Shown one piece after another: positions 39,788 through 51,374 of a DNA stretch of 63,328 bases. The notes below the pieces were generated by a model. That model worked only from the letters and a program-made list of their open reading frames with translations. It was not told the origin of the DNA and did no database searches. A program made the translations under genes and the position numbers. Position 1 is the stretch's first letter, and each line of letters opens with the position of its first letter. The stretch covers positions 230,384 to 293,711 of the forward strand of contig NMRA01000098.1 of assembly GCA_002633005.1 (NCBI GenBank), read 5' to 3'. This stretch comes from Phoronis australis (taxonomy: Eukaryota > Animalia > Phoronida).

Positions 39788-40211
39788 CACGTTGACTTTC
39801 ATCAATATATCGTACGTTAACAGTAGACAGTTATTCACTGGTAGTTAACAATTGGTTTAAAGTTCACTGACGAGCTTCCCTCAACAACCGCAGATGGTCG
39901 CCATTTTTTACGTCACAGGAATAAAATCGAATGGACACTAGATATCTCAGTAACGAAATAGTCATAAGACAATAGTCATATTTACTTAACTATTAGTTCT
40001 GATTCTTATGGTATTAAAAATTTCGGTATAAAAAATATGATGCTCAACATAATGGAGAATATGTTTTCGAGAAAATTGCTTGGATGTGCTGTTGCAGGCG
40101 TTTTCCTTTCGATTCAGCCGAGGAAACCCCTCAAACAGGAAGTGGTCTTCGTGTGCGATGAGTGATTGTTGGCAGCTTGTTTAGTCCAACACGGCACGGT
40201 TTGACTGGAAA
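39788..40211. promoter_or_regulatory. Putative ATP7/ALG11 bidirectional promoter with candidate ATP7 5' exon (about 39915-39788, minus strand)
   Basis: YY1-like AAAATGGCG on the minus strand (39899-39907), CRE-like TGACGTAA next to it, ETS-like CAGGAAGTG on the plus strand (40136-40144), and a minus-strand donor GTG|GTATGT at 39787. Transcription start sites are inferred. Confidence 0.5.
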
Positions 40212-40249
40212 ATGAACGGAGTCTGGTGCACAGTCCATGCTTTGCTTCG
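40212..40249 (+). CDS. ALG11: ALG11 exon 1 ([13 protein letters not shown]), not in ORF track
   Basis: aaaATG then 38 nt and a GTGGGT donor in phase 2 matching exon 2. The peptide resembles the human exon-1 end WCLCKLLR (from memory). Confidence 0.75.
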
Positions 40250-43200
40250 GTGGGTTTAAATGAACTTAGTTAAACTGACTATAAACCCACGTTCTGCTCA
40301 AGAAGGGAATTTTTAATTCGGATTGGTTCCCCTTTCATGGTTGAGTTTACACGCCACAGATGTTAATTGGTCTCTCACTCTCAGACTCAGTGATGCTTAT
40401 TCATTGAGATCTCCCAAGTTGTTTAGTGGTCAGAGCTCATATATTTTCCTCGTGTTTCGCTCCAATACCGACAACTATAGACTCTCCTTCCAACCTCCTA
40501 TGGTTAGGCTGTAGAGTGTAGAGCCAACTCACAACCCTTTCCAATATTGTTGATTGCATCATTTACTAGGATTGGTGTCAGTGCCGTTTTTAATTAGTTT
40601 CTATCACTGTTCCCGTTCACATGCTAGCTGAGATGCTAGCGGTTTTGTTGTTAAGCAACAAAAATGACAATAATATAAACGGTTACTGGCTCTTTGCTGG
40701 AGGTAGCATTTAGCTCAAAGGCAAAGGACACACCCCAGCGCCTATTGGATAGACGCCTTTGACCTATTGTCTCATCAATCAATTAATGGCTGACAGTGAA
40801 TGTGTTTTGACATCAATTTTTGCTTAAAAGTGTTGTAGATGTGCTTCTGGTGAATCATATGAGAGCCTTTGCTAGCCACTCGCTCACGGGCAATTGCCTG
40901 TGATTAGCAGGCTCGCTGGTAATTTTATTGCCTTGGGGTTGCTGTTTCGATTCCGGGGTTGGGTATTCTTGGCAATTACTACAAAGGTGATTCAGGTGCT
41001 GAGGAAATAAACTAATTTGCTGGCGAAAATTACCCCTTTGGGGATAGCTGATGATGATCAGTCTAGCTAAAATCCTATTAAAAAAAATATTCTAGCCAGT
41101 GGGACCATAGTGTGTTCGCCACTCATGTGAACCCAGTACTAGTCTCGGTCCACTTCTATCCGTTTATTTCCTGTTTTCTTGTTATGGTTTGTTTTTCTTA
41201 AGTTTTGTTATTGTCCTGTTGTTCGTATTTATTATTCTCAATATCTTATCTTACCAGCCCATGTCTGCATTGACTGCATTGACTGCACACACAGCCAGTG
41301 TTATCAACTAAGTGTTGTTTTGGCAATCAACTCTGTTAGTAATATATGATAATGATATGAGACGGGATTTCTGGGTTTGCAAAGAACTGACTACTAATTC
41401 ACTATTCCTTGAGATCATGCTGTGCTCTTGAAATGACCTTCTGTGATAAGCCAACTGGTATCCTGATCTCGATAATGAACAGTTTAAGCCCTGAAATCAA
41501 CTCCCAATTTGAACAAGGAGTAATTTGATACCAATTTAATGATGGTAGGTGTTCTAAATCAAAAGTTGTTTGTGATGGAATCTGGGTTTATAGCCTTATG
41601 TGTGAAATTCAAGGTGGGAGACCCAATGATCTCGCTTAAGCTTGGCTGAAGACTGAAGTGTTGCCAGAGGCATTTCTGTCAGAAGTTTTTGAGCAAATTA
41701 TGCCTCACCCTGGGTAAATCATCATTATAAATAATATTCATTCATTCGACTTGGAATGATTTAAAGACATTGACTGCCTTCAAGTGTCCTTCTCTACTTG
41801 AAAGGTACTTACAGCAGCATTACTTTGATAGTTTAGCCTGTGTGAGGAGTAATTTGCCAGAGCTTTTTTCAATGCAGCACAGCCCATGGCCTCTGGGCGG
41901 TGCACCACATGTGGGCTGGGTGGCTATAGCACCCCACTTTTTTCAGTGCTGTGCAGGCCATGGTATGAGCCAGCTTTACTAATCCAGTTTCGGTGGTAAG
42001 CTTTGTCGAGGCTGAAGTGGTGAATGATGTATTTTAATGAGTAGGGCTTAACAGGGCACATGTGAAACTGATTCCTTCTCAGATAGTATTGTTTTACAGG
42101 AAATGATTCACCTTGACATCTACACTGTCATGGTCATCCTCTGAAATTCCAACCACAATTGTAAACAAGCAGGTGCAAGTCCTCTTTCCTGCTTCCCTAA
42201 ACAACTCACCCACCAAAATGCTTTGGTCGTGGTGACCAAACTCTAAAGCTGTGGAAGAGACCTCAACTGGACTTAAGTTAGTGTTTATAAGACTTTAATT
42301 GGAAGAAAAAGCCATGGCCATGGGCTCTGTTTCCACCTTCTGTGACTTTTACAGTTTTCTTGAGTGAGAACTAATTGGCCTCTGTCATGGGTTATAGGCT
42401 TAGGGATACAAAATTCCGAGTCTCCAAATAACGTCATCATAGCATCGTTTGCAATAAAGAGCCGTGAAATGATTATAATGTAGACTGCACTACTATAGGG
42501 ATTGCCTCAAATGAAAATGTCAAGACTTGTGCTTTACATGCAGTAGGACGCACATCAGCAATACCTAGATGGTTAACACTAACTACTCGTGCCATTGTCT
42601 TAAGCGGTAGTATGGTGACCTTGGCTGGTTTACAGACCTTGGAAGTCCCTAAGGTTGCATCATGGTCATTTTGCATTGTGTAGGTAACTTTCTTGTAGGC
42701 GTTAAAAATAACTTTTTGTTTCCAGGCTGATTGCGGTGTCTGTGACCGCCTCCACCCTGCTTCTAGTGTCTGTTGTCCCAGGTCTGCAACATCTTTTGCG
42801 ATGGTGTGTTCAACGAAATTCAAGGTGCCGAGTGACTTCTGGTGGCAAGAAACAAAAGCGCATGGTTACAGTGGGTTTCTTTCACCCGTACTGTAACGCG
42901 GGTGGTGGGGGAGAGAGGGTGCTGTGGGTGGCCATACGAGCTATACAGAACAGGTGAGTGTATATTACGTAGCCAAGGTCTGTTCCTTGGGAGAAATTTG
43001 TCAGCATGCACTTGTCTGGCTCAACAGTTAGGTTATGCGGAACCACAATTTATTTTTCGATGATAGCTATGGTACAGAACTTGAACATGGTAAAGCATTG
43101 GACAATATATAATGAAAAATGACACCAAGATGAGTGTACCACATATCCGTGCTCGTTCTTCTAAGAACACAGAAACACACGACGATGGCCGGAGAATAGA

Positions 43201-46200
43201 CCGACTGAAACGTCGTGACACTGTAAATAGACAAGAGGTCGGTGTAAACAGACCAAGAGATTTTAATAATAGTTGTAACACGCCACCACCTCAGAGCAGT
43301 TTTAGAAAGTCATTGATTTGGTGCTACATATCTTTTGTGAGAAAAAAAGAAAACAAAAATTTACTTTCCTGCCAAATTGTTCCGTAAATTGGTAAGATTC
43401 ACCGTAGTCAATACATGTCAGTTTTGTACACTGCGAAATTAATGGTGAAGTACTGAAACAGCGGTGTGCAACTGAAGGGAGCAATGTGAACACATTCAAC
43501 TCAAAACTAGGTGTGGAAGCTGCCCTTAATGCTGTTAACTCTTACACAATTCTTTTGCTGCCAGTAATTGGTTGTTATGCTTGTCAAGAAAATTTATATT
43601 TATATTAATATTTGTATTATTGTATTTAATATTAATAAATGTTTATGATGATATTAGTTTAATATTATTACATTTAATATTAAGTAATAGTGATGATGAT
43701 ATTGGTTTGATATTAATATTACATTACTTTGTTTGCAGGTATAACTTTGTGAATTGCGTTATCTACACTGGTGACACGGACGCCAGTGCGGAAGAAATAC
43801 TGGACCGAGCCAAGAAAAGGTTCAATATTGTCTTGAAGAAACCAGTTCAATTTATTTATCTCAAGCGCCGTGTGTGGGTCGAGGACTCCATGTACCCCCA
43901 CTTCACACTCCTGGGTCAGAGTCTTGGATCGGTGCTGCTTGGATGGGAAGCTTTAAACTCATTCCTTCCTGATATTTTCCTAGACACAATGGGATTTGCA
44001 TTCACGCTGCCTCTCTTTAAGAATATTGGTGGATGTCGCGTCGGATGCTACGTTCACTATCCTACGATCAGTACCGACATGTTGGCAAGAGTTTCGCAGA
44101 GAATAGACACATACAACAATGCCTCTTATGTCTCTCAGAGCGCAACCTTAAGCACTTTCAAACTCTTATATTACAAACTGTTCGCAGCACTTTACGGAGC
44201 TATGGGACGAATGAGCGACGTCGTGATGACGAATTCTTCATGGACTCAGGGTCACATTGTGCACATCTGGAAGGCACCTCATAAGACCCATGTCGTGTAC
44301 CCCCCATGTGATACCAAAGAATTTGTCACCTTGCCCTTGCACTGTAACCTTGATGAGAAATCGCACTCCATCGTCTCCGTAGCACAATTTAGACCTGAGA
44401 AAGATCACAAATTACAGCTGTTATCTTTTAAGAAATTCCTGTCATCACTTACACAGAGTGAGCAGAAACACTACAGTCTCATTCTCATTGGTGGCTGTAG
44501 AAATGATGATGATTTCAAAAGGGTGACCGAGTTACGGGAAATTTGCAAGGAGTTACAACTGGAGAAGTTTGTCAGTTTTAAGCTCAATGTGCCGTTTGAT
44601 GAACTGAAGCAATGTATGAGTGTAGCAACTGTTGGTCTACACACAATGTGGAATGAACATTTTGGGATAGGTAGGTATCTACAATGTCAAACTGGGTTTC
44701 AACGGATCTGTTTTATAACTCAATTCTGTTCTTACTAATCTCAAGCCAACTGTGTACATTATGATTTGTTTGCATCGAACTTTGGTTTCAACAAGCATGT
44801 AACGCCCTTGAAGTTTTAGCTGAATGTAGCACAATTCCCTGTGTGATCATGTCTCAGTTATTTAGTGCTGACAGAAAAGTCAACAAAAGTCTTGCTTATT
44901 TTTTGCAATTCATGGCTTCAAACTTTAAATTTTGAACAAAAAGACTACCAAGCATAAAATATTTAAAGAATATTTTTCAAACCTTTGTTCACTAGTCCAG
45001 GTTTGCTAAAAATCTCTTTCTTCACTGAATAGAACAAGATCCATTATGGCTGTTGGTGGAGGGAACACTATAGTGCCTTGGTCACACATCAGGTGATACT
45101 CGGCCAAATCTACTGAATTAGTTCTATTCCAATGCCTAGCATGTTTAGACATTATTATGCGCCCACATATTTATATGTGGTCGCATATTGCGGTCATCTC
45201 TGTATGGATGTCCGGCGTCCGCAGCTGTATCTCCTAAACCCCTTGTAGGATTGTATTGAAATTTGGCAGGTGTGTTCCTATGGGGTCTACGACACAGGGC
45301 AACTAGTTTCAGACCAACCCGAATACCACTGTGCCCCCTAGTGACAATTTTAGTTTTTTGCATTGCCTCTGTATCTTCAAAGGTCTTCAACCGATTTTCA
45401 TTTTTGGAGTCCACCTCTCTAACAACCAAATCACTCTAAGGATGATTGTGAAAATTGGCATGTATGGTCTTACTATGATGAAGACAGTTGACGACAATTT
45501 TCCGATGACTTCGACTACTGTGGCGCCACCCAGTGCCAGTTTTGTTTGTTTTTGTGTCCATGGCTGTATCTCCTAAACGCTCTACAGGATCTTTATTAAA
45601 TGTAGCAAATGTATTTATGTAAAGTTGACAACAGACGACGACAACTTTCGGACAGATCGGTCTACTGGTGTGCAACCTAGTGGCAATTTTAGTTTTTTAC
45701 GTTTATTGCTGTATCTTCAAGGTACTCTATGGATTTCCACAAAATTTTCCACATAGACATCCATTAGTGAGGTGACGCTAGCCATTCATCTTCGGATTGA
45801 TTCAAGGTTTTTTGCATCACCTAGTGGCCATTTTTGCTGTTTTTGAGTCTGTTTTGTGGCGTTCATCCCTCTGTCAACCAAACCACTCTAAGGATGATTG
45901 TGAAAGTTGGCATGTATGTACTTTCTATGAAGGGGACGGTTGCCGATGATTTCTGATGACTGTGGTGCCTTCTATTGGCGGTTTTGTTTTTTTGCACCCT
46001 TACCTGTATCTCCTAAGCCCTCTGCAGGATCTTTATTAAATTTAGCACGTGAATTTATGTAAAGTTAATAAGAGAAGATGACGACTTTTAGATGGATCCG
46101 ATGAACAGTGTGCCCCCTAGTGGCAATTCCGTTTATTTTGTTTTCCTATGTTTCTCTGAAGTTCCTCGGCAAATTTTAATTAAAATTGGTAAATGGCTTT

Positions 46201-46827
46201 CCTTTAAAGAAATGGTGACATTTTTTTGGTTTTCAGACAGATTCGACATATTTTGCACCATCTAGTGGTCATTTTAATGATACAAATAAACAACCCTAAA
46301 AGCACACCATTTGCGATGCATTCATGGGTGCATTTCAACGCTCTGCGTTGCTCTTGTTATCAGATGAGTAGTGGTGGTATACCAACTGGTGATTTTTGGT
46401 ACTGACACTACTCACAGTCTCTTGACTATTGCCCGTCTGTCGGATATTACCTTGTAACTGAACTGACATCGGTTACTAGGACAATAACCTATTCATTGAT
46501 TTACTGAATGTACCATGGGTCTTTTTTACAATTGTTACATTATTTTCAGGTGTGGTTGAATTAATGGCTTCAGGGACTGTGGTATTGGCTCACAACTCTG
46601 GAGGACCAAAGATGGACATTGTTACATCACATAACGGCAAGCGAACAGGTTTTCTAGCTGACGATGTTGACAGCTATGCACAAGCTATGAGGACTATTTT
46701 TCAAATGTCCATTGAAGAAAGGCTGGATTTAGTTGAGAATGCCAGAGATTCGGTGCATAGGTTCTCTGATGAAGAATTCAATGACGAGTTTTTAGGCGCT
46801 ACTGAATGCTTATTCAACGGCATTTGA
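40212..46827 (+). CDS. ALG11: GDP-Man:Man3GlcNAc2-PP-Dol alpha-1,2-mannosyltransferase, 4-exon gene span, 491 aa
   Basis: [61 protein letters not shown] and AHNSGGP motifs; exons of 38+228+932+278 nt join in frame. Confidence 0.96.
41680..41872. mobile_element. Collapsed, diverged third copy of the 38747-39711 family, in ALG11 intron 1
   Basis: aaattatgcctcac...gtgtccttctctac...aaaggtact...actttgatagtttag...gtgtgagg matches the arms. Confidence 0.45.
42726..42953 (+). CDS. ALG11: ALG11 exon 2
   Basis: tttgtttccag acceptor, GTGAGT donor; [17 protein letters not shown]. Confidence 0.93.
43739..44670 (+). CDS. ALG11: ALG11 exon 3
   Basis: tttgcag acceptor, GTAGGT donor, 932 nt; glycosyltransferase core up to NEHFGI. 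Confidence 0.95.
45151..46358 (-). mobile_element. Helentron-associated non-autonomous element (HINE-like) in ALG11 intron 3
   Basis: 5' AACAAGAGCAACGCAGAGCGTTGAAATGCACCC, internal tandem subunits, and a 3' CCACATATAAATATGTGGGCGCATAATAAT shared with 12876-12905. Confidence 0.65.
46550..46827 (+). CDS. ALG11: ALG11 exon 4 (terminal)
   Basis: ttttcag acceptor; GVVELMASG...AHNSGGP...TGFLA; TGA stop. Confidence 0.94.
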
Positions 46828-46845
46828 TACAATTTCCTATTTAAT

Positions 46846-47135
46846 CAGGGGCAGATCCAAGATTTTGAGTTAGGGGGGGACCAGGGCACAGAAATAACCA
46901 GAATTTCGTCAGACGCGCGTGCCCAGCCTAAAATGTAGGGATGCAGGGGTCTCGAATTTTTGGGTTTTTGGACCTTTTGACTAAAAAAAAACAGTAAACG
47001 GGTTTCTTCAGGGCCTATGCATTGTTTATTCACTCCCTGAGCCCCCTGGTTGTGCTCATGTGCTAGTCAGCAATTTGCATCCGAACTTCCAAATGGTTAT
47101 CTGGTAGAATGGCCCCCTCCCTAAATTCGCCACTG
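46846..47135. mobile_element. MITE in the ALG11 3' UTR region
   Basis: CAGGGGCAGATCC ... ATTCGCCACTG imperfect inverted ends, flanked by TTAAT on both sides, 18 nt after the stop codon. Confidence 0.5.
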
Positions 47136-47408
47136 TTAATGGTGGTGTGCCCTACTTGTCATCAATCAAATTACTTGTTGTGGCAAAGCACTGTAAAACA
47201 GGCAAATATCTTTGAAATCGCTTTTATGACTATTTGGATTTCATGACTGTACTCGTTTGGATGTTTAAGTCAGTGCATTGTTGTTAACATTATTACTTGT
47301 TATAACACCGTCCTCCAATTCATCAATCTTGTACAAATTTATTCATCTGTTATTTGAATGAGCTGGTGCTCATCATTTTAATTGAATTTGAGTGCCTGAA
47401 ATGCAGTC

Positions 47409-47414
47409 AATAAA
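47409..47414 (+). promoter_or_regulatory. Candidate ALG11 polyadenylation signal AATAAA
   Basis: AATAAA about 580 nt after the stop codon. Confidence 0.4.
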
Positions 47415-48819
47415 TCTTTCATCAAGGACGGTGTTTACAGTTCATGAAGTTGAAACTTACCTCAAAGTCTGAATATTTCAACTTTTTGATTAAAGGAAAG
47501 TAGCTGTCTGCGAGCCTAACACACTTTCATCCTTAATAGATTTTAATTTTGGTTATACCTTGTTTTTAAGGAATTTCAATGTAGTGTTTCTGTCAAGATT
47601 ACCCAGTTTTATCATAAAAATCCAATGAATTTCAGGCTTTCAAGCAGTTTTAGACAAAAAAGTAGGACATGTTTTCAAAAAAAGTAGGAAAAGGTAGGAA
47701 CTGTGAAGTGAAAAGTAGGAAAACATAGGCACACGAAGAGGAGGCGTTAAGGAGTAGATTTCATCAATATTTACCAATGACGTTCACCTGTCACAGGCAG
47801 TACTCACCATACCAGCGGGACTTTTTTCACACTTTTGAGTGCAAAAGGTTTGACTGTGTAATTCTATAGTACATCACCTACCATTGAAGGAAAGGGGCGT
47901 CTTAAGTTGCACACTCCTGGGCATGGGTTCCAGGAGGAGTCCAGAAGAGGACCCAAAAATACACTTAATTAAAATCACAAGTGTACAACATCCGTTTTAA
48001 GTGTTATTTCATTCAAATGAACAGTCAAATTAAAATGGTACAACTTAAGACGTGAAAATCCTTGGGGTTATTAATGAAGGGCCTACTACGCATAACTACC
48101 AATTAAAGATTTATATGCATCAAAATTTTTCTCTAAAATATGTGGTTAGTAACTCTAGACAAAATATCCACAACTTAAGATCTAATTTTTCTTGTGGTTT
48201 GCAGATAACACAGGGGTGTTTGGACCCCAGAGGATAGACCCAAAAATGAACTAATAAAAGAGGAAATACGAATTTTTTTATTTTTACTACTGATGGATAA
48301 AAATTATTTGAAATGATGCAAAAATACAACTTATGACATGAAAAAATCATTGTGTTATTGACTAAGATACTTATTAATTAAAAGCCAATTAACAAAGAAA
48401 TTCTATAAGATAGTGTGGTAACTAAACACCAGATCCACAGCTTAAGATTGGATTTTTCCTCAGGTTAGCAGATAAGATGGGGGTGTTCGGACCACAAGGG
48501 CCAACAAGACCCCCAAAAATGAACTTGCATAAAAGAGGAAATACGACAATTTTGATTACTACGGATAAAACATATTGTTTCAAATAAACAAAAACACATC
48601 TGAAGATATAACCAATTAACTCTCAAATACAACAAAATGAAACACAAACAAGTTACTAAGATACATCTGGGATAACTAAATAATCTGGTTTCAAATTAAA
48701 GCTAAACAGCTTGAAGCAGTAGTGGAAACAAATGAAAGAGGGATTGTGATGCTTGGCACAGTCTACGGTTTCATATGATACAACCGAAACCCAAAAGGCA
48801 ATAATAATTATTCACTCTA

Positions 48820-49900
48820 CTGTAACTTAAGTGCAAACATCTAAGTCATGATCATCGTCACTCTCCTCATCAGATGATTCCATTTCTCTTGGTAGAGGAT
48901 CACGATCTTTGTCTACATCACTGTCTATACCATCATTTCAGCATCGCCACCATTTCAAGTTCATCTGGCTTTGTTTCGACTTGAACCTCTGGAATGAGCG
49001 CAGAGTTTCATCTGTTCTCCACTGAACCAATGATGTGAAATTTGCCGTCAACAGTTCTGAATCCATTGGTGGGTGTTTTGTCCAAGGCTTGAAGATGAGC
49101 GCTACCCCCATAGTCTACGAAATGCACTTCTATGCACATGAAGCACTAGTTCATCTGCATACATTGGAATACTGCAGACCTCGATGCTTTTAAGCTTCTC
49201 AAATGGATGTTTAGCGTAGACTTTCGTTCGTAGGTTTTGTTGACCACATTGAACCTGTGCTTGTTGTGTCCTGCACTATTCAGATGAGATATCGCGGCTC
49301 ACTGAAGCAGATGCTCTTGGGAACCTATCACTTTTTGCCAAGATTGTATATCGTCTGTTGTTTTACAAATGCCCAGGGATAGTCACATCCAGTGAAGAAG
49401 TGTAGGCCTAGGAGTGCAGCACACATAGTTTGGCCTATAATAGTAGCAATCTTAGTTACTTTAAATAACATAGATGGCCTTGTCTTCTAGTCCCAGCCTC
49501 TATCCAAACCATGGATGCAACTCAATGGACATGGTGTAGGAGCAACACTAGAATATCGGCGTCAGAAAGTCTTATGATGATGTTGCCACGTGTGGACTTG
49601 TCTGTCTCAATCATGTGAATGATGACACTGGTGTCAGCTTCCAAGTGATTACAGCTTAGGGATGGAACTGATTCTGTGCATACTTCTTCATCTTCAACAA
49701 AGTACCGAGTGCACTCTCCCATCACCCCCAAATACACTTCCCTTCCATATTGAAGTAGAGTGTAGAAGTTGATCAAGCAATCCTTATTGAGAAAGGCAGG
49801 TAGCTTTCGTTTCAACGACTCCCTCTTGAGTAGTTTCTTGAAGCTTGGGTCTCTTTTCTGTTCAGATTCTTCTATAACAAGTTGCCCTCTTTCAACAGGT
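48820..49900 (-). pseudogene. Decayed XPG/FEN1-like nuclease region typical of Academ (AcademX) transposon proteins
   Basis: HLEADTSVIIH, SDADILVLLLHH, ALLGLHFFTGCD, a LVLHVHRSAF stretch and an acidic tail, broken by stops and frameshifts. Confidence 0.65.
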
Positions 49901-50793
49901 CTTTTTCTGGGGATCCAAACACCCCAGTCTTAAGTGTCTTAAGTTGTGGATATGGTGTTCAAGGTTGCTAAGCTATCTTATGGGAAAGAATTTTTGTTGT
50001 ACATAAAAGTTTAAGTGGAACTTTCACGCTAATTCCTTATCTCTGTGATTGCTGGGTCAAATTAGTTAGAAACACAACATATAGCGACCGTGTGAGTATG
50101 CAGTACGTTGAAAACTGCAAAATGTTTTTAAGAACGAGTTTTATGTCGAAAATGAACCACATTAAATCACTCAACCGTGTCCAGTAAGTATCCTGACGTG
50201 GTGCATGATGCGAGCTATGTTCCGCCAAATACGTCATTAGTATAAAGATCGTTTTCACGTTTACAAGTTGTCAATGAATACAAGTGCACTTTGTTTAGCG
50301 TAGATGATGACCAAATAGCAGGCAAGTGGGGGGACACAAACCAATTCGACTTCGCCGGCGAACTATCCCCCCCGAATTTCTGGAACATTGGACCTTTCAG
50401 ATTTTGCAAAGGTCGGCCCGCCAAACTTTCAAATCAGGCGTGCTTAAATACATATTCAAACGGATTTTTTAGTCTGAGATTGACTTGACGAATTTTTTAT
50501 CTGGTTGTATTTTTGAATGTTACTTACATATCGCTGGAAATGGGCACAGCACACTATTCTGAAGGTTCACTACTCTGAAGGTTCAATGCTCCGAATATAT
50601 CTAAAATTTCGAACCCAAGTTTAATTCTTATACTTTTTGCATGCAAAAGTAAACAATACTTCGGTTATTAGATGCGCTGAGTCGTGTACCTATACCGCCG
50701 GGAAAACAACGTCCGCGTACTATTGATTTCATGCGCATACGAAATTGCCTGCATGTCTTACGAGTACGGAAAACTAAGTACGTTCTTGCATTT

Positions 50794-51374
50794 TTAAAAA
50801 GATACCAAATCCGGGTTTGGCCTATTGACAGATACTAAAAATGACTTTCCCATCCAATTCTCAAAAACAAAATAATTCTCTGTAAACATTGATAACCCTC
50901 AAAAGATTGATGAAAATTTTGAGCACTCCTTTCAAAGTTTGCTAAACGAGCAAAGCGTAACCTACGCTTTTTGCGAATTACACGGCAACTGTGGGAAGGA
51001 CCATATTGTCCAAACCGTTGACAAGGGGTGTATGAATTTTCACGTGATTTCTTGCTTTAAAAGGATTCAAAACGTTAATTTGATGATTTCAACCAATCCT
51101 CGTTCTCTAACTTGCTGTTGCATTATTGGCGTCAATCTTGAAAGATAAAGCAGGAATCAACAATGAATTGGTGGGTGGTATTTTCCTACAGATACCGCGT
51201 AACTCGCTAAAAGCGTAGGTCACGCTTGCCCGTTTAGCAGAATTTGTAAGGGGTTTTCTGATTTTTATCAAACTGTAGAAGGTTGTCGAGCATTATTTCG
51301 TATTAGAGAACTGAATGGAAAAGTCGTTTTTAGTATCTTTCAATAGGATAAAACCGGGTTTGGTATACTTTTAA
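50794..51374. mobile_element. TTAA-flanked MITE with ~190-bp imperfect inverted arms (Kolobok- or piggyBac-like)
   Basis: TTAA..GATACCAAATCCGG...TGCTAAACG..CCTACGC mirrored by GCGTAGG..CGTTTAGCA...CCGGGTTTGGTATACTT-TTAA. Confidence 0.55.

Noticed and set aside
38056-41290. MRE cores (TGCRCNC) at 38056, 39059 and 41284 near the ATP7 5' region
   Set aside because: A degenerate 7-mer expected at about this density by chance; not clustered at the inferred start site.
43572-43738. Hydrophobic N-terminal extension of the 388-aa ALG11 ORF
   Set aside because: AT-rich, internally duplicated intron sequence upstream of the acceptor at 43738.
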